Shown in pieces: positions 22,259 through 31,935 of a stretch of DNA of 64,000 nucleotides. The stretch lies in the NCBI GenBank assembly GCA_004431415.1, contig QPMI01000158.1, forward strand, positions 45,807-109,806, in the 5' to 3' direction. The translations under genes were made by a program, and so were the position numbers. The notes below the pieces were generated by a model. It was given only the letters and a program-made list of their open reading frames with translations. It ran no database searches and was not told the DNA's origin. How positions within the stretch are numbered: the stretch's first letter is position 1; every line of letters starts with the position of its first letter. Origin of the DNA: Cyanophora paradoxa CCMP329. Its lineage: Eukaryota; Plantae; Glaucophyta.

Positions 22259-22555
22259 TTACGGACTTTGTATGGTGCGCCCCGACAATTTTTTCCCGGT
22301 GAGCTTACTGACGCTCCGGACTGTGAGCTTTACGTTTTCGGGTAGCTCTATGCTTAGTTGTATATCGCCCGATTTGATAACATGGGTGCGGGTTCTTTTA
22401 CCACGGCAATTCGGGTAGTAACCGAATATTCGCCTGAAAAGATCCTGTGTGGCTTCAATATCCATGGTCGCGGTTTGAGTGATCTCGTCCGCAGTCAGGG
22501 CGTGCGTATAGGTCGGTCTGATAGCGGTCATTGTGTTGTCAGTATATACAATCAA
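22259..22555 (-). CDS. Hypothetical protein (~90-98 aa)
   Basis: Co-oriented ORF filling the gap; start uncertain. Confidence 0.45.
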   Translation of the reverse strand: MIVYTDNTMTAIRPTYTHALTADEITQTATMDIEATQDLFRRIFGYYPNCRGKRTRTHVIKSGDIQLSIELPENVKLTVRSVSKLTGKKLSGRTIQSP

Positions 22556-22619
22556 AGGTAGGCTTATATACCTTAATCATATTTTGAGAATGGCACGATA
22601 TACAGTATACAAAATAATA

Positions 22620-22870
22620 AACTACTTAATTAATATAATAAACTACATGAAACTACTTGACTTTCCTTGCAAAACTACGCAACTTGAAACCAAAACTACG
22701 CACTTAATACCAAAACTACGCAACTACGCAACTTTTGCGCTTTTCAAAATTTTTCCCGCCCCGAGTTTCAAATTGTTTCTGAAAGTTGCGTAGTTGCGTA
22801 GTTTTGGTATTAAATGCGTAGTTGCCGGTATTAAATTGCGTAGCTTCGCTATGTAGTTGCGTAGTTACTA
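22620..22870. other. Internal ACTACGCA iteron cassette, putative replication origin (core 22709-22808)
   Basis: Same 23-bp arms and 54-bp spacer as the TIR cassettes; ~100 bp downstream of the helicase stop. Confidence 0.7.
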
Positions 22871-22905
22871 AAAAATGATGTAGTTAATGATTGTTTGGAT
22901 GTCGT

Positions 22906-25319
22906 TTACGCTTCAATATCATCCTCATCTTCGTCTTCAAACTGTGTCTTGGCGATCTTAGTGAGCCCCTTATAAACTCGCTTCGACTTCCCTTTAATTG
23001 TAGTCACAGTCGATTCAATCTTGAATGTTTCGAGCACTTTGTTACTGATAGTGCGAGTGGTAACCTTTGTCTTGATATCGTAGCTTCGCATCATTTCCGC
23101 GCAAGCTTTGAATACCTCATCACAGGCAACATGGGCGCCCTTTTCCTCTGACAGCTTGTAATTTTCGCGCAGATAGGAACCCAGCTTATCGCTGTCGTCG
23201 AGATATTTGGCGCTATGCTCGATGACAGATTGCGGCGGGTTTTGCAGGATCTCTTTAACTTTGCCAGTAGCGAGCATATCGATGAGAATCTGAATATTTG
23301 CCCGCTTGTATTCATTTTTCTCGTCGCCCTCAAACATTTCCATGAGGGTTTCGTCCGCTTTCTTCTCTCCGGCTTTGGGATTAGGTGAGTAAACAGAGCG
23401 GAATGGGATCGATCGGAACCGACGCTTAATAGCTTTGTCGGGCTTTTCGATTTCCAGATTATTGTTGCACAGGATCACCATAGTAAACCGAGGCTTGAAA
23501 TCAATAGGATCCTTGAAAAGTCCTCGGCTGTGCAGAGCTCGCCACCTGTCAGTGTCTTCATCATACCGCATAGAAGCTTGTCGCCATCATTAGGTTCGTT
23601 TGCATGGGTGAGCCGGACACCTTGCTTATTAGCAAGCTCGGGAATCGGGCTATTTGCTTTGTGGACTTGTGTGAGCAAAGTAATGCTAATCGGGCGAGCA
23701 TAATCACCGAATGTCTCTTGCATAAACGTTTCAATCACACTCTTTCCATTAGCACCGACACCTGTGAATAGATAGAACGTTTGCAGGTCGGTTTTACCTG
23801 TGAGTGCATATGCATAGAGGCTGATCAGGTAGTTGTAGAGTTCCATATCTCCGCCACAGATATCCAAATAAATGTCTTTCAGCCTTTTAACCTTTGCCTC
23901 ATCAACTTCCTCGCAGTAATCAAAGCCGACAGTCTTGCTCACCATATCTTCCGTCGTCCCCTTGCGGAAAGTCATATTATTTAGATCAAACACGCCATTG
24001 GTAAACCCCACAATATTGGGAACTGTGTCCAGAGTCGCCATAAAGTCATCGTCTTGCAGCTGTGTGATAATATGCGGTTCCAGCGACTTTTGATACGGTG
24101 TATTCTGAATCCTCTTGTGAATTGCCAGCAACATGTTGGCGCTCTTCTCAGCTTTTTCCTTCACAAGATCATCTCCACTTGCCCTGAGAGCATTGGAAAG
24201 ATGATAGCCCGCCCTCTTAGAGAACCACTGTGCCACATGCTCGGGGATCTTAGAAAGTAACGACTTCTCCGTTTTATCATATTTCCAGATACCATTTTTG
24301 GGGTTAAGGTTAAACCAGACCTTATTTGAATATTTCGTGGTCGCTTTCAGGATCTTGGCGCAGATAATTGCAACAGGATAATGGGCACCTTCAACTGAAA
24401 CGGTCTTGTCAATGAGAGTATTAATTTCTAAATGGTGCTTCTCTTCCTCAGTCAGCTCTATGTTAACAGAGAACTCTTTCGGCTCGCAGTTCTCGCTGTA
24501 ACTCTTCACAATATACTCATTATACTTGCCATCTCGCTTTTTCTTCACCCACCAGTTATTGGAATCGTGGGATTCATCGCAGCAGGGACACAGGAACCCC
24601 TTGTTAGCCGCATTAAAGTCAAAGCCCTCATCGCGGCGTGCATAGATATTTGGGAATAGGAACCCCATCCCACACAGCCCGGCAATAATAGCAGCTTCGG
24701 TATTATCCTTGCTCGAATTTCCCGCTTTCGGCTGTGGATTATTGGCATGCTTGTAATCGTAGTTCTCAATAATCCATTTACGGAAAGCGTCAGAGGGCTC
24801 ATTAAACTTGCACGACGATGCCCACGGCTTAATTACCCAGGTCTTATTAGGGCTCGGGCATACATTGAGAAGTCCCGCAGTGCCAGTGCCAGTGATGGTT
24901 TTGAGGTCGACCTTCTTGTATCCCTTAAAAGCCGGCGCGCTATCTGTGATTTTCAGCTTATCAAACTCATCAGGGCGTCGAAAGAATACATGGTAGCCCT
25001 TTCGAGTCTTTTCGAGCGGCTGATGGGCATCGAAATCACCGGGAAACATCTCAACGAATTTCTGATAGGTTTCCTCATCGTCGAAATCAACGACCATCAT
25101 CGAATTCGACAGCAGAATGCCCCAATTAGTGAACTCGTTGGAAGCAAAGGCTTCGTCGTATCTTCCCCAGTTCCAAACACCGCCTTTATGGGTGTAGGCG
25201 GGCTTTTTAACCTCGTCTTTCATGGGAATAATCGTGTTTTTCGACAAGGTCTCATCGCCACGCAGCCAATCAGCGAGCTCTTGGAGTAAAGTCTTTTGTT
25301 TCAACGTCATCTTCGCCAT
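22906..25319 (-). CDS. Prim-Pol (bifunctional primase/polymerase N-terminal) - Zn-finger - D5-like SF3 helicase fusion; one frameshift near 23525
   Basis: MVVDFDD, TRKGYHVFF, CPCC..H, GFTNGVFDL, Walker A GVGANGKS, ANEP. Restoring one C gives LTGGELCTARGLFKDPIDFKP. Confidence 0.88.
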
Positions 25320-25501
25320 TTTCGATGTCTTTCTACCTTAATGCAAGAAAATAATTTTTCTTAGGCTGATCAAATTTTGGCGAGTTGTCTTTAAATGCCC
25401 TACAAATTTTTTCCCGATGACTAAAACTGATTAGGGAGCTTGCCGATATGCATCGGAAAGCCGCTTGAAAAATAAGGAATGGATTCAGCGGCGGATTGCG
25501 T

Positions 25502-25723
25502 TCAATACTTGCGGGGTCGCCCGCGGTTTCCACTGTGAATGCCCTCTTCTTGCTTGCGACGGTAGTAATATTCCAGCGCCTTTTTCTTTTTTAATTCGCG
25601 ATATTCGGGATCGTCGTTATAGCGCATCCGCTGTTTATATATGTCCCTGACACGCCAGCCCGCCTTATCGAGATCTACCGGGTTCCCGTTTTTATCATAC
25701 ACAGTCATAGCATGCGTCTCCAT
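25502..25723 (-). CDS. Small basic protein with C-terminal AT-hook (RGRPRKY)
   Basis: Homologous to two element-2 ORFs (YRE..K.KAL.YY...GRPxKY). Confidence 0.75.
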   Translation of the reverse strand: METHAMTVYDKNGNPVDLDKAGWRVRDIYKQRMRYNDDPEYRELKKKKALEYYYRRKQEEGIHSGNRGRPRKY

Positions 25724-25940
25724 TGGTTTACCTTACTTTAAGCTGAGAAAATATTTTTATCAGTGGTCTTTGCTATTTCTTCTTTAAATCATTTTCTGAG
25801 CTGTCATTTTTTGCGACCGAATCGAGTTCCTGTCTACGTTTTTTAATAGCGGCTTCCAGTGCATATTGCGCGCATTTCCTGTATAGGATCGCGTAGAGAT
25901 CAGGGTCGGGCATTCGATACTATTTAACGCGAAAATAGTT

Positions 25941-26288
25941 TCAGCGATCGTATTCGCGCAAATAAAGCGGATTAATTGGCGGATAGGGGGAATCAACGCG
26001 AAAATGACCTTCCACGGAATTAGGGCACGACCGGCGTCTTATATAGGATACTTGCACGTCTTCTATTGCTGTCTGTGGAATTATATTGGAGTCAGCGGGC
26101 ACAGGCGAGGGCGATCGAGATCGGGGGCGATCGTGATTATCGCTGTGGTTGGAATATACAGATAATCGCCTACCTCCATTGTCCTCGTCCGAAATGTCAA
26201 CCTCTACGGTTGTGTCGCAGCAGGAGTTGTGGCACGTGCTTGTGAAATGCAGGTGAAACATCTCAATGCATTGTGTGATGAAATTCAT
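25941..26288 (-). CDS. Conserved hypothetical protein (CHxxCCDTT motif)
   Basis: N-terminus homologous to 53943-54215. Confidence 0.75.
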   Translation of the reverse strand: MNFITQCIEMFHLHFTSTCHNSCCDTTVEVDISDEDNGGRRLSVYSNHSDNHDRPRSRSPSPVPADSNIIPQTAIEDVQVSYIRRRSCPNSVEGHFRVDSPYPPINPLYLREYDR

Positions 26289-26337
26289 CGACCCTAATAT
26301 TGCACAACGTATTAAATATTGGAGAAAAGAAAAGGGA

Positions 26338-26517
26338 ATGAGGGTGTTACTTGCTCGTGTGTTCCCATACGAATTAGTCGACCTTATAATGGTGTTTGTG
26401 GAGCCGACCTGTCCCTATTGCAAGGGAATTCATATTAAGACCCGCTCTAAATACGGGCGGATTCATTTATGTTTGAACGACCTACACATTAGAAGCGACG
26501 ACGCCCACCAAACATAG
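26338..26517 (+). CDS. Small protein with F-box-like start (FPYELVDLIMVF) and CxxC
   Basis: ATG at 26338 after an A-rich leader; absent from element 2. Confidence 0.35.
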   Translation: MRVLLARVFPYELVDLIMVFVEPTCPYCKGIHIKTRSKYGRIHLCLNDLHIRSDDAHQT

Positions 26518-27160
26518 ATGACAGATTGGCACCCGGCTGTGCATGCACACCCGATGGGTTAACGAACCCGCCCGGCTTTGGTGCATTTTCAGCTATGACT
26601 GTCTCTTTTCTTTCGACTGTCTGAACATCGGGAACAGTTGCCCGCTTCTTTTCCATTTCCACGCGAACAGCTTGTTTAATCAGCTTGCGCTGTTTGTATT
26701 CCTTAGTGAAATCATCAAAGGCTCGCACAGTAGTGTCGTATGTAGCTAAACGCGCTTCCAGTGCCCTAAACTTCTCCTCTAATTCCTGACCGACTTTCTC
26801 GCCCTTGGTCACATAGACAGATGCCCGCTTTTTAGGGGCTTCCATCGATGCAGGTAAAGCGGCTGTTGCTTCGGCTTTTACCACCTTATTATCGGTTAGC
26901 TTTTCGCCTGTGAGCTGTGATTCGGCGAGGGATTGATCCGCCAGCTTTCTATCAGTGGAATCGACCGGCTCCCGCTTAGCATCCGCCTTTTGAGCACGCT
27001 CTGAAACCTTTGTATTCGGGTCAATCAGATCGAAATCTATTTGGTCAGAAGCGGCAGCACCGCCAGTGCGACCGGCATCCTCCGCAGGATTAATCTTGCC
27101 AGCGACAACAGCGCTTTGATCTTCCATTTGGATAGCTTTCCGCGAGTTCTTGGGTGGCAT
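26489..27160 (-). CDS. Hypothetical coiled-coil protein (MPPK..., 223 aa), possible core protein
   Basis: Positional and weak sequence homolog of 54238-54972. Confidence 0.7.
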   Translation of the reverse strand: MPPKNSRKAIQMEDQSAVVAGKINPAEDAGRTGGAAASDQIDFDLIDPNTKVSERAQKADAKREPVDSTDRKLADQSLAESQLTGEKLTDNKVVKAEATAALPASMEAPKKRASVYVTKGEKVGQELEEKFRALEARLATYDTTVRAFDDFTKEYKQRKLIKQAVRVEMEKKRATVPDVQTVERKETVIAENAPKPGGFVNPSGVHAQPGANLSSMFGGRRRF

Positions 27161-27183
27161 TTATCATTATGCGAGAAATTTAT

Positions 27184-28095
27184 TCAAAATTTACCCAATT
27201 TCTTTGCAAATTTTGGGCGGCGCTTTTCTTGGTATGCCAGCAATAGATTGGGGTCTTTAAGTAGGTCGGCTTCGATTATTCTTTTGGTGGATCGCTTTAA
27301 GGTGGCGACGTTTCCACTCACAGGTTTCGTTATATCGGTGGTTTGGGGTTGGTCGCCATTTACCTCTGTGGAGCTCTGTTTTACCGGCTGTTTACCAGCG
27401 GTCTTTATGTCGTCCGCCGCTTTTTTAAAGAAGCGCTTGAATTTATATTCGTCGGGCACCGGATCAGCCTTGCCAACAGAGAATTCCAGGCTATATTTCG
27501 CATTGTTTACCACGATCACCTGATAGCTGTGACTGTATTCGGTCATCACCTTCTCGAACCACCGCTTTTCGTATGGATTAAACTCGTCCTCGGCGCTCTC
27601 CATCTCCTTTCTATTCGGCAATGAGAACAGGAATATATATTCGGCGTTTACTCTAAGTGTGGGCGAAATCTTCGTGAGTTTCTGTGACAAAATCCAGACG
27701 CTCACAAACAGATGGCGTCCAGCAGTGAAAAGACGATTTAATATAGGCTCACCCTTTCCTGACATCGATAGACTCGGATTATCAATAAAATCGTCCAGCA
27801 CAATTAACAGGTTACCGACTTTCTCATTTTTCTTGATCCTCTCCTTGCGTTTCTCTATTATATTGTCGATCAGCTTATGGTCGAAATCCTCATACAGATA
27901 CGATGTGACATTGTCGTATTGATGATTCCAGATCGTGGAGGCGAAAATCATCACCGAATCTATCTTGTCCTCGTTGTGGTAAAGCAGGTATTTCAAAAAC
28001 ACTGACTTCCCAGTTGCAGTTTTGCCCACAAAAACGGCGCGATTCGGGAAATCCAGGCTTCCCGGGTCAAACTCACTCAGATCTTGTATATCCAT
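27184..28095 (-). CDS. A32-like FtsK/HerA genome-packaging ATPase
   Basis: GKTATGKS, LIVLDD, GRH...SQ...LRVNAEY. Confidence 0.93.
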   Translation of the reverse strand: MDIQDLSEFDPGSLDFPNRAVFVGKTATGKSVFLKYLLYHNEDKIDSVMIFASTIWNHQYDNVTSYLYEDFDHKLIDNIIEKRKERIKKNEKVGNLLIVLDDFIDNPSLSMSGKGEPILNRLFTAGRHLFVSVWILSQKLTKISPTLRVNAEYIFLFSLPNRKEMESAEDEFNPYEKRWFEKVMTEYSHSYQVIVVNNAKYSLEFSVGKADPVPDEYKFKRFFKKAADDIKTAGKQPVKQSSTEVNGDQPQTTDITKPVSGNVATLKRSTKRIIEADLLKDPNLLLAYQEKRRPKFAKKLGKF

Positions 28096-28146
28096 TTCCC
28101 TTATAAGAAACATATAAAAATTACAAAACGCAACAGCCTTTATTAC

Positions 28147-29595
28147 TCATGCGCTTATCTTCGATAATCCATTGGCATTCATCACAAGAATATTGTGGCA
28201 GTAAGCCGAGATCTGAACACCGACCTTTGTCCAGGTGGCGAGGGGTGTGCCATTGGGTGTGAGCAGCAGGAAGCTCGACGCGGATTGTGTTAGATCGACG
28301 TAGCCAGTCGCCTTCTCACCTTTGAGCGCCGCTTTACCATCGAGGGCAAAGCAGAAGCCAGTGTAAATGGGGCGCTTGTTGCTATCGATCCAGTTGGTCA
28401 TCTTGAATTTATCGGCGAGCTCCATAGCCGCAGATTGCAGCGGGACACCAGTGTTAGAATATAAGTAATTGTTGTTGTTTAGGACTTGCATAACGACATT
28501 ATCATCGTAGGCAAGGGTGCGGACAGTAGAGTGCCCTCCGAAATTGTTGCCGAGTGCATTTTCGTCGCGAACCTTGACAACAAGTGCGTAAACAAGTCCC
28601 GAAATTTGAGATAGTGACAGCCGGAGACCGGAGCCGAGAGCTTGACCGGTATAATCCGCAAACTGAATATCAGTGTAGGGGATGGCGATGCCAGAGGTCT
28701 TAACACGAGTAATGATTTCGCCCATCGTTTCCTCATCGATGTTAACAGCATCCATAATAAGACGAGGGGTCGTCATTTCCAGATTCGCAATTGCAGGTGT
28801 AGATGTGAGAGCCGCATTGTCGAAAATGGCAGTGGCGTTAGGGTGAGCTAAGGTCTTAATATTTCCGAAAGCAGCCGCAACAGCAAGCGTCGTCTCGCCA
28901 TCGGTCGAATTGGCAGCAGTAATTGCAGCCGTGTTATTCTGAGCGTAAACGCCAGGAACCGCCGCAGTTTCGAGAAGCGCAGGGGTTTGGAAATATACTT
29001 CGACCGCGATTTCGGATGGGAGCGCACCGATGGGCACGCCAGCATCGAGGAAGCTTGGAATTCGCATGGTAAAAATGCCGCCAGCTTGGTTGCCGCCCTC
29101 TACCTTCGGTCCGAGATGTAGCCCATGCTTGCGCTTCTTTTGCTCGAATTCAGCCGGAGAGTTAACCAGGAAAGCGTAATCTACCAGTCGCTCAGCGGGA
29201 ATAATTTGCTCATACGACCCGTATTTAATGCTGACTCGCTGAACGAACGATCCAGGAAGCCCGCGGACGAATCCAGTGTTGAATAGATCAGCCGAGCAGT
29301 CAGCAGAGGTCTTGGCGATGGCAGTCAGCGCCTTCGCCGATGGGATGGTAACTTGGAGGCTAATACCATTGCACCAATTGTAGCGAGGGAGATAGAAGAC
29401 AACACGAGTGGTAGCACCAGTAGAGGAGAACAGATTGCCGGGATCCGCAATTGGGAGCACCTCCACACGAGAAGGCTTGAATTGTTTGTCCACACCCACG
29501 ATAAATCCGCGATCCAAAAGCATGCTCTTGTAATCCTCCGGGGTTTCGAGGACGGATTTGAGCGTGAGGCGGCTAAGCGAGGTCGTGGGATCCAT
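28147..29595 (-). CDS. Putative double-jelly-roll major capsid protein (482 aa)
   Basis: Size, beta-rich pattern, VFYLPRY and VPIGAL..EIAVEVYF motifs, position beside ATPase and pentons, conserved in element 2. Confidence 0.75.
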   Translation of the reverse strand: MDPTTSLSRLTLKSVLETPEDYKSMLLDRGFIVGVDKQFKPSRVEVLPIADPGNLFSSTGATTRVVFYLPRYNWCNGISLQVTIPSAKALTAIAKTSADCSADLFNTGFVRGLPGSFVQRVSIKYGSYEQIIPAERLVDYAFLVNSPAEFEQKKRKHGLHLGPKVEGGNQAGGIFTMRIPSFLDAGVPIGALPSEIAVEVYFQTPALLETAAVPGVYAQNNTAAITAANSTDGETTLAVAAAFGNIKTLAHPNATAIFDNAALTSTPAIANLEMTTPRLIMDAVNIDEETMGEIITRVKTSGIAIPYTDIQFADYTGQALGSGLRLSLSQISGLVYALVVKVRDENALGNNFGGHSTVRTLAYDDNVVMQVLNNNNYLYSNTGVPLQSAAMELADKFKMTNWIDSNKRPIYTGFCFALDGKAALKGEKATGYVDLTQSASSFLLLTPNGTPLATWTKVGVQISAYCHNILVMNANGLSKISA

Positions 29596-29628
29596 ATTTC
29601 GTTTTTATCTTCCGCTGAGAAATTTATT

Positions 29629-30915
29629 TTAGAAGAACGGATTATTTTTTACAGCCACCCCGCTCAACGCATTCGTTAAATTGCCGCAATGCGGGTAGTC
29701 CTCATAGAGCATTTTCGCGAATCCCTTATTAACAATGCGCTGTAAATCGTCGTCGGGCTCATCCACTCCCATAGTGAGTTCCAAAATGAATGTGTGCTCG
29801 CAGCTTCCGAGGAAATACCTATAACCGCTCTCCGTGAGAATTTGAACGGTTAAACTATCAAAGGAGAGGCGGGTGTTAAAGTATTTCGTGAAAGCATCCG
29901 CCCCATAATTAATTAGCTCAGCATCAGCATAGGCTGTGCCTTTCGAAATCGGGATCTTAGCGAGGAATCCATTAGTAGCCTCGGTGCATGTCGTAAAAAG
30001 CGAGCAGTCCGGCTCTGTGATCTTTAAAACTATTGCATTATCCGGTGTATAATCAGGGGCAGTGCCTCCGGCTATGCCTAAGACCAGAGCCGTCGAATTA
30101 TAATTGCGGAATGCATCACCAGCTGAGTAAACGACACCACTCCCAGCAAAGGCTGTATAGCCCGATCCGTTGTATTGATCTATCATTATATTCTCTCTGA
30201 TCGATGTAAACCCGAGAAGAGTCATCGTGCGATAGGCGAGCACCTTTCTTTCATTCGCAGTAGACGCAGTGGCATTACTCGGACCATATTTCGTGAAAGC
30301 TATGTAGACATAATCACTCGAATAAAAGCATATGGCATTTAATGTGCTCTCAAAACGACATCTCACCACCGGGTAAAAGGTTCCCCCTGTCGATGCGTAG
30401 CTTGGATTAATTTTTGTATCGATCATATCCTTGATGTAGTTGCCAGTTCCATTTTTCGTTAAGATGTTATCGATTGCAGTTGCAAGGTCGGTTCCAGTCG
30501 AGTATGTGCCAGGAGGGATCGTAATTGCTACGTCCCTGTATCGGGTATATCTTCTGAAAGTGTTAAGGTAATCAGGCGGTATATAGTTGCCTTGGTCGCC
30601 GAAATCTATCGCTTTGTATGCTTCGTATATTGCAGTCGCTTGTGTTTCTCTTATTTGCTCAGTGGCACCATTGAGCTGTCCACTCGAAAATCGGTAAGGA
30701 AATGATATGAAAATCGTATTAGCATCATCGGCTTTCGTCTCCCCGATTTCAGTATAGAATTGAGGGCTTGGAACCGTCGGGATCGTGTTGGAAAATTCGA
30801 TCTGTCGCACAGCGATGCTCTTCACATTGTGGTATTGCTTTGGAAGGGTCACCTTATAGGAATGAGCCGAGCCCTCTGATCGATCACGGCTACTGATGCT
30901 GAGATACTCGCGCAT
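29629..30915 (-). CDS. Penton-like minor capsid protein A
   Basis: N-terminal ISSRDR...YKVTLP..YHNVKSI..IEFSNT and C-terminal LTVQI...HTFILEL single-jelly-roll signature. Confidence 0.75.
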   Translation of the reverse strand: MREYLSISSRDRSEGSAHSYKVTLPKQYHNVKSIAVRQIEFSNTIPTVPSPQFYTEIGETKADDANTIFISFPYRFSSGQLNGATEQIRETQATAIYEAYKAIDFGDQGNYIPPDYLNTFRRYTRYRDVAITIPPGTYSTGTDLATAIDNILTKNGTGNYIKDMIDTKINPSYASTGGTFYPVVRCRFESTLNAICFYSSDYVYIAFTKYGPSNATASTANERKVLAYRTMTLLGFTSIRENIMIDQYNGSGYTAFAGSGVVYSAGDAFRNYNSTALVLGIAGGTAPDYTPDNAIVLKITEPDCSLFTTCTEATNGFLAKIPISKGTAYADAELINYGADAFTKYFNTRLSFDSLTVQILTESGYRYFLGSCEHTFILELTMGVDEPDDDLQRIVNKGFAKMLYEDYPHCGNLTNALSGVAVKNNPFF

Positions 30916-30942
30916 TTTATTCTTTATTAATAGGAAATAAAA

Positions 30943-31917
30943 ATGATTCGGAAGCCAGTTAACGATTTCTATAATGGCAAGTTTACGAGGGTCAATGTTA
31001 ATATCGATTCTATTGAGCGCAGTGCAGGGCACCCGGGAGAATATACAGTAAAGCTTTCTCAGCGACTTCTGAATGTTAAAGGGGTGCGCATTGCGAGCGC
31101 CGAGCTCCCGAATACGATTTATGCTGTCACCGATAATTCCAGAGGCGTGACCATACAGGGAATGACGAACAGCATCACCTTTTCCCCTTTTCCTGATATA
31201 GGAAACTACACCCCCGCGATTTGGGGATATGGTAATAAGAACTTAGGCTATTCGGGCAGCTTTGTAGATGTGGATCCCCTCACAAGCGAAAGCTTGACAG
31301 TCTACTACAAGTGGCTCTATAATCCAGCGACTATGAAAATTACTTTTTATTCGAGCATTCCCCTCGCACTGAGCTGTGCACATGACGACTTTGCAAGGTT
31401 CCATGGAATGATCAAAGGGCAGATCTACCAAACAGCAGTCGCAGAAAAAGGAAGCCCTCACTATCAGGTCTCGTATGCTGATGTGACCCCATTTCACTTG
31501 CAGTATTCATTCTTGCAAGCATTCGAGGGTCGCTCAATATTCCCGCCTAATTTACCAATATCCGAGAAATTCCTATACAATGCAGTGACCTTCCCGAATG
31601 CGATCAATTTAAATCCGACCCCCTATGTTTACCTACAAATTAAAGAGTTTACGCCCTTTTACGACAAGTATATGGTGGCAGCAAAGACAGATGAGGGCGG
31701 AAATGGTAACCTCGCTAAGGTTCCACTAACCAGCCCCTTGGGATCGTTTGTTTACTACCTGACATTCCGCAGAATCGATACTGTGGAGTTCTTTAATTCC
31801 CACGATCAGGCTTATGATATAGACACGCTCACAATTAAATGGCTCGACGCCTACAATAATGTAGTCGACTTTAACGGCGTTAATCACAGCTTTATATTAG
31901 AGGTGCTATCGGGTTAA
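30943..31917 (+). CDS. Penton-like minor capsid protein B
   Basis: NIDSIER...LLNVKGVRIASAELPNT; LTIKWLD...VDFNGVNHSFILEV. Confidence 0.8.
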   Translation: MIRKPVNDFYNGKFTRVNVNIDSIERSAGHPGEYTVKLSQRLLNVKGVRIASAELPNTIYAVTDNSRGVTIQGMTNSITFSPFPDIGNYTPAIWGYGNKNLGYSGSFVDVDPLTSESLTVYYKWLYNPATMKITFYSSIPLALSCAHDDFARFHGMIKGQIYQTAVAEKGSPHYQVSYADVTPFHLQYSFLQAFEGRSIFPPNLPISEKFLYNAVTFPNAINLNPTPYVYLQIKEFTPFYDKYMVAAKTDEGGNGNLAKVPLTSPLGSFVYYLTFRRIDTVEFFNSHDQAYDIDTLTIKWLDAYNNVVDFNGVNHSFILEVLSG

Positions 31918-31935
31918 AATAATCTTATATTACAA

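Noticed and set aside
23475-23571. Programmed ribosomal frameshift in the element-1 helicase
   Set aside because: It falls mid-SF3 domain with no slippery heptamer; one missing C explains it.
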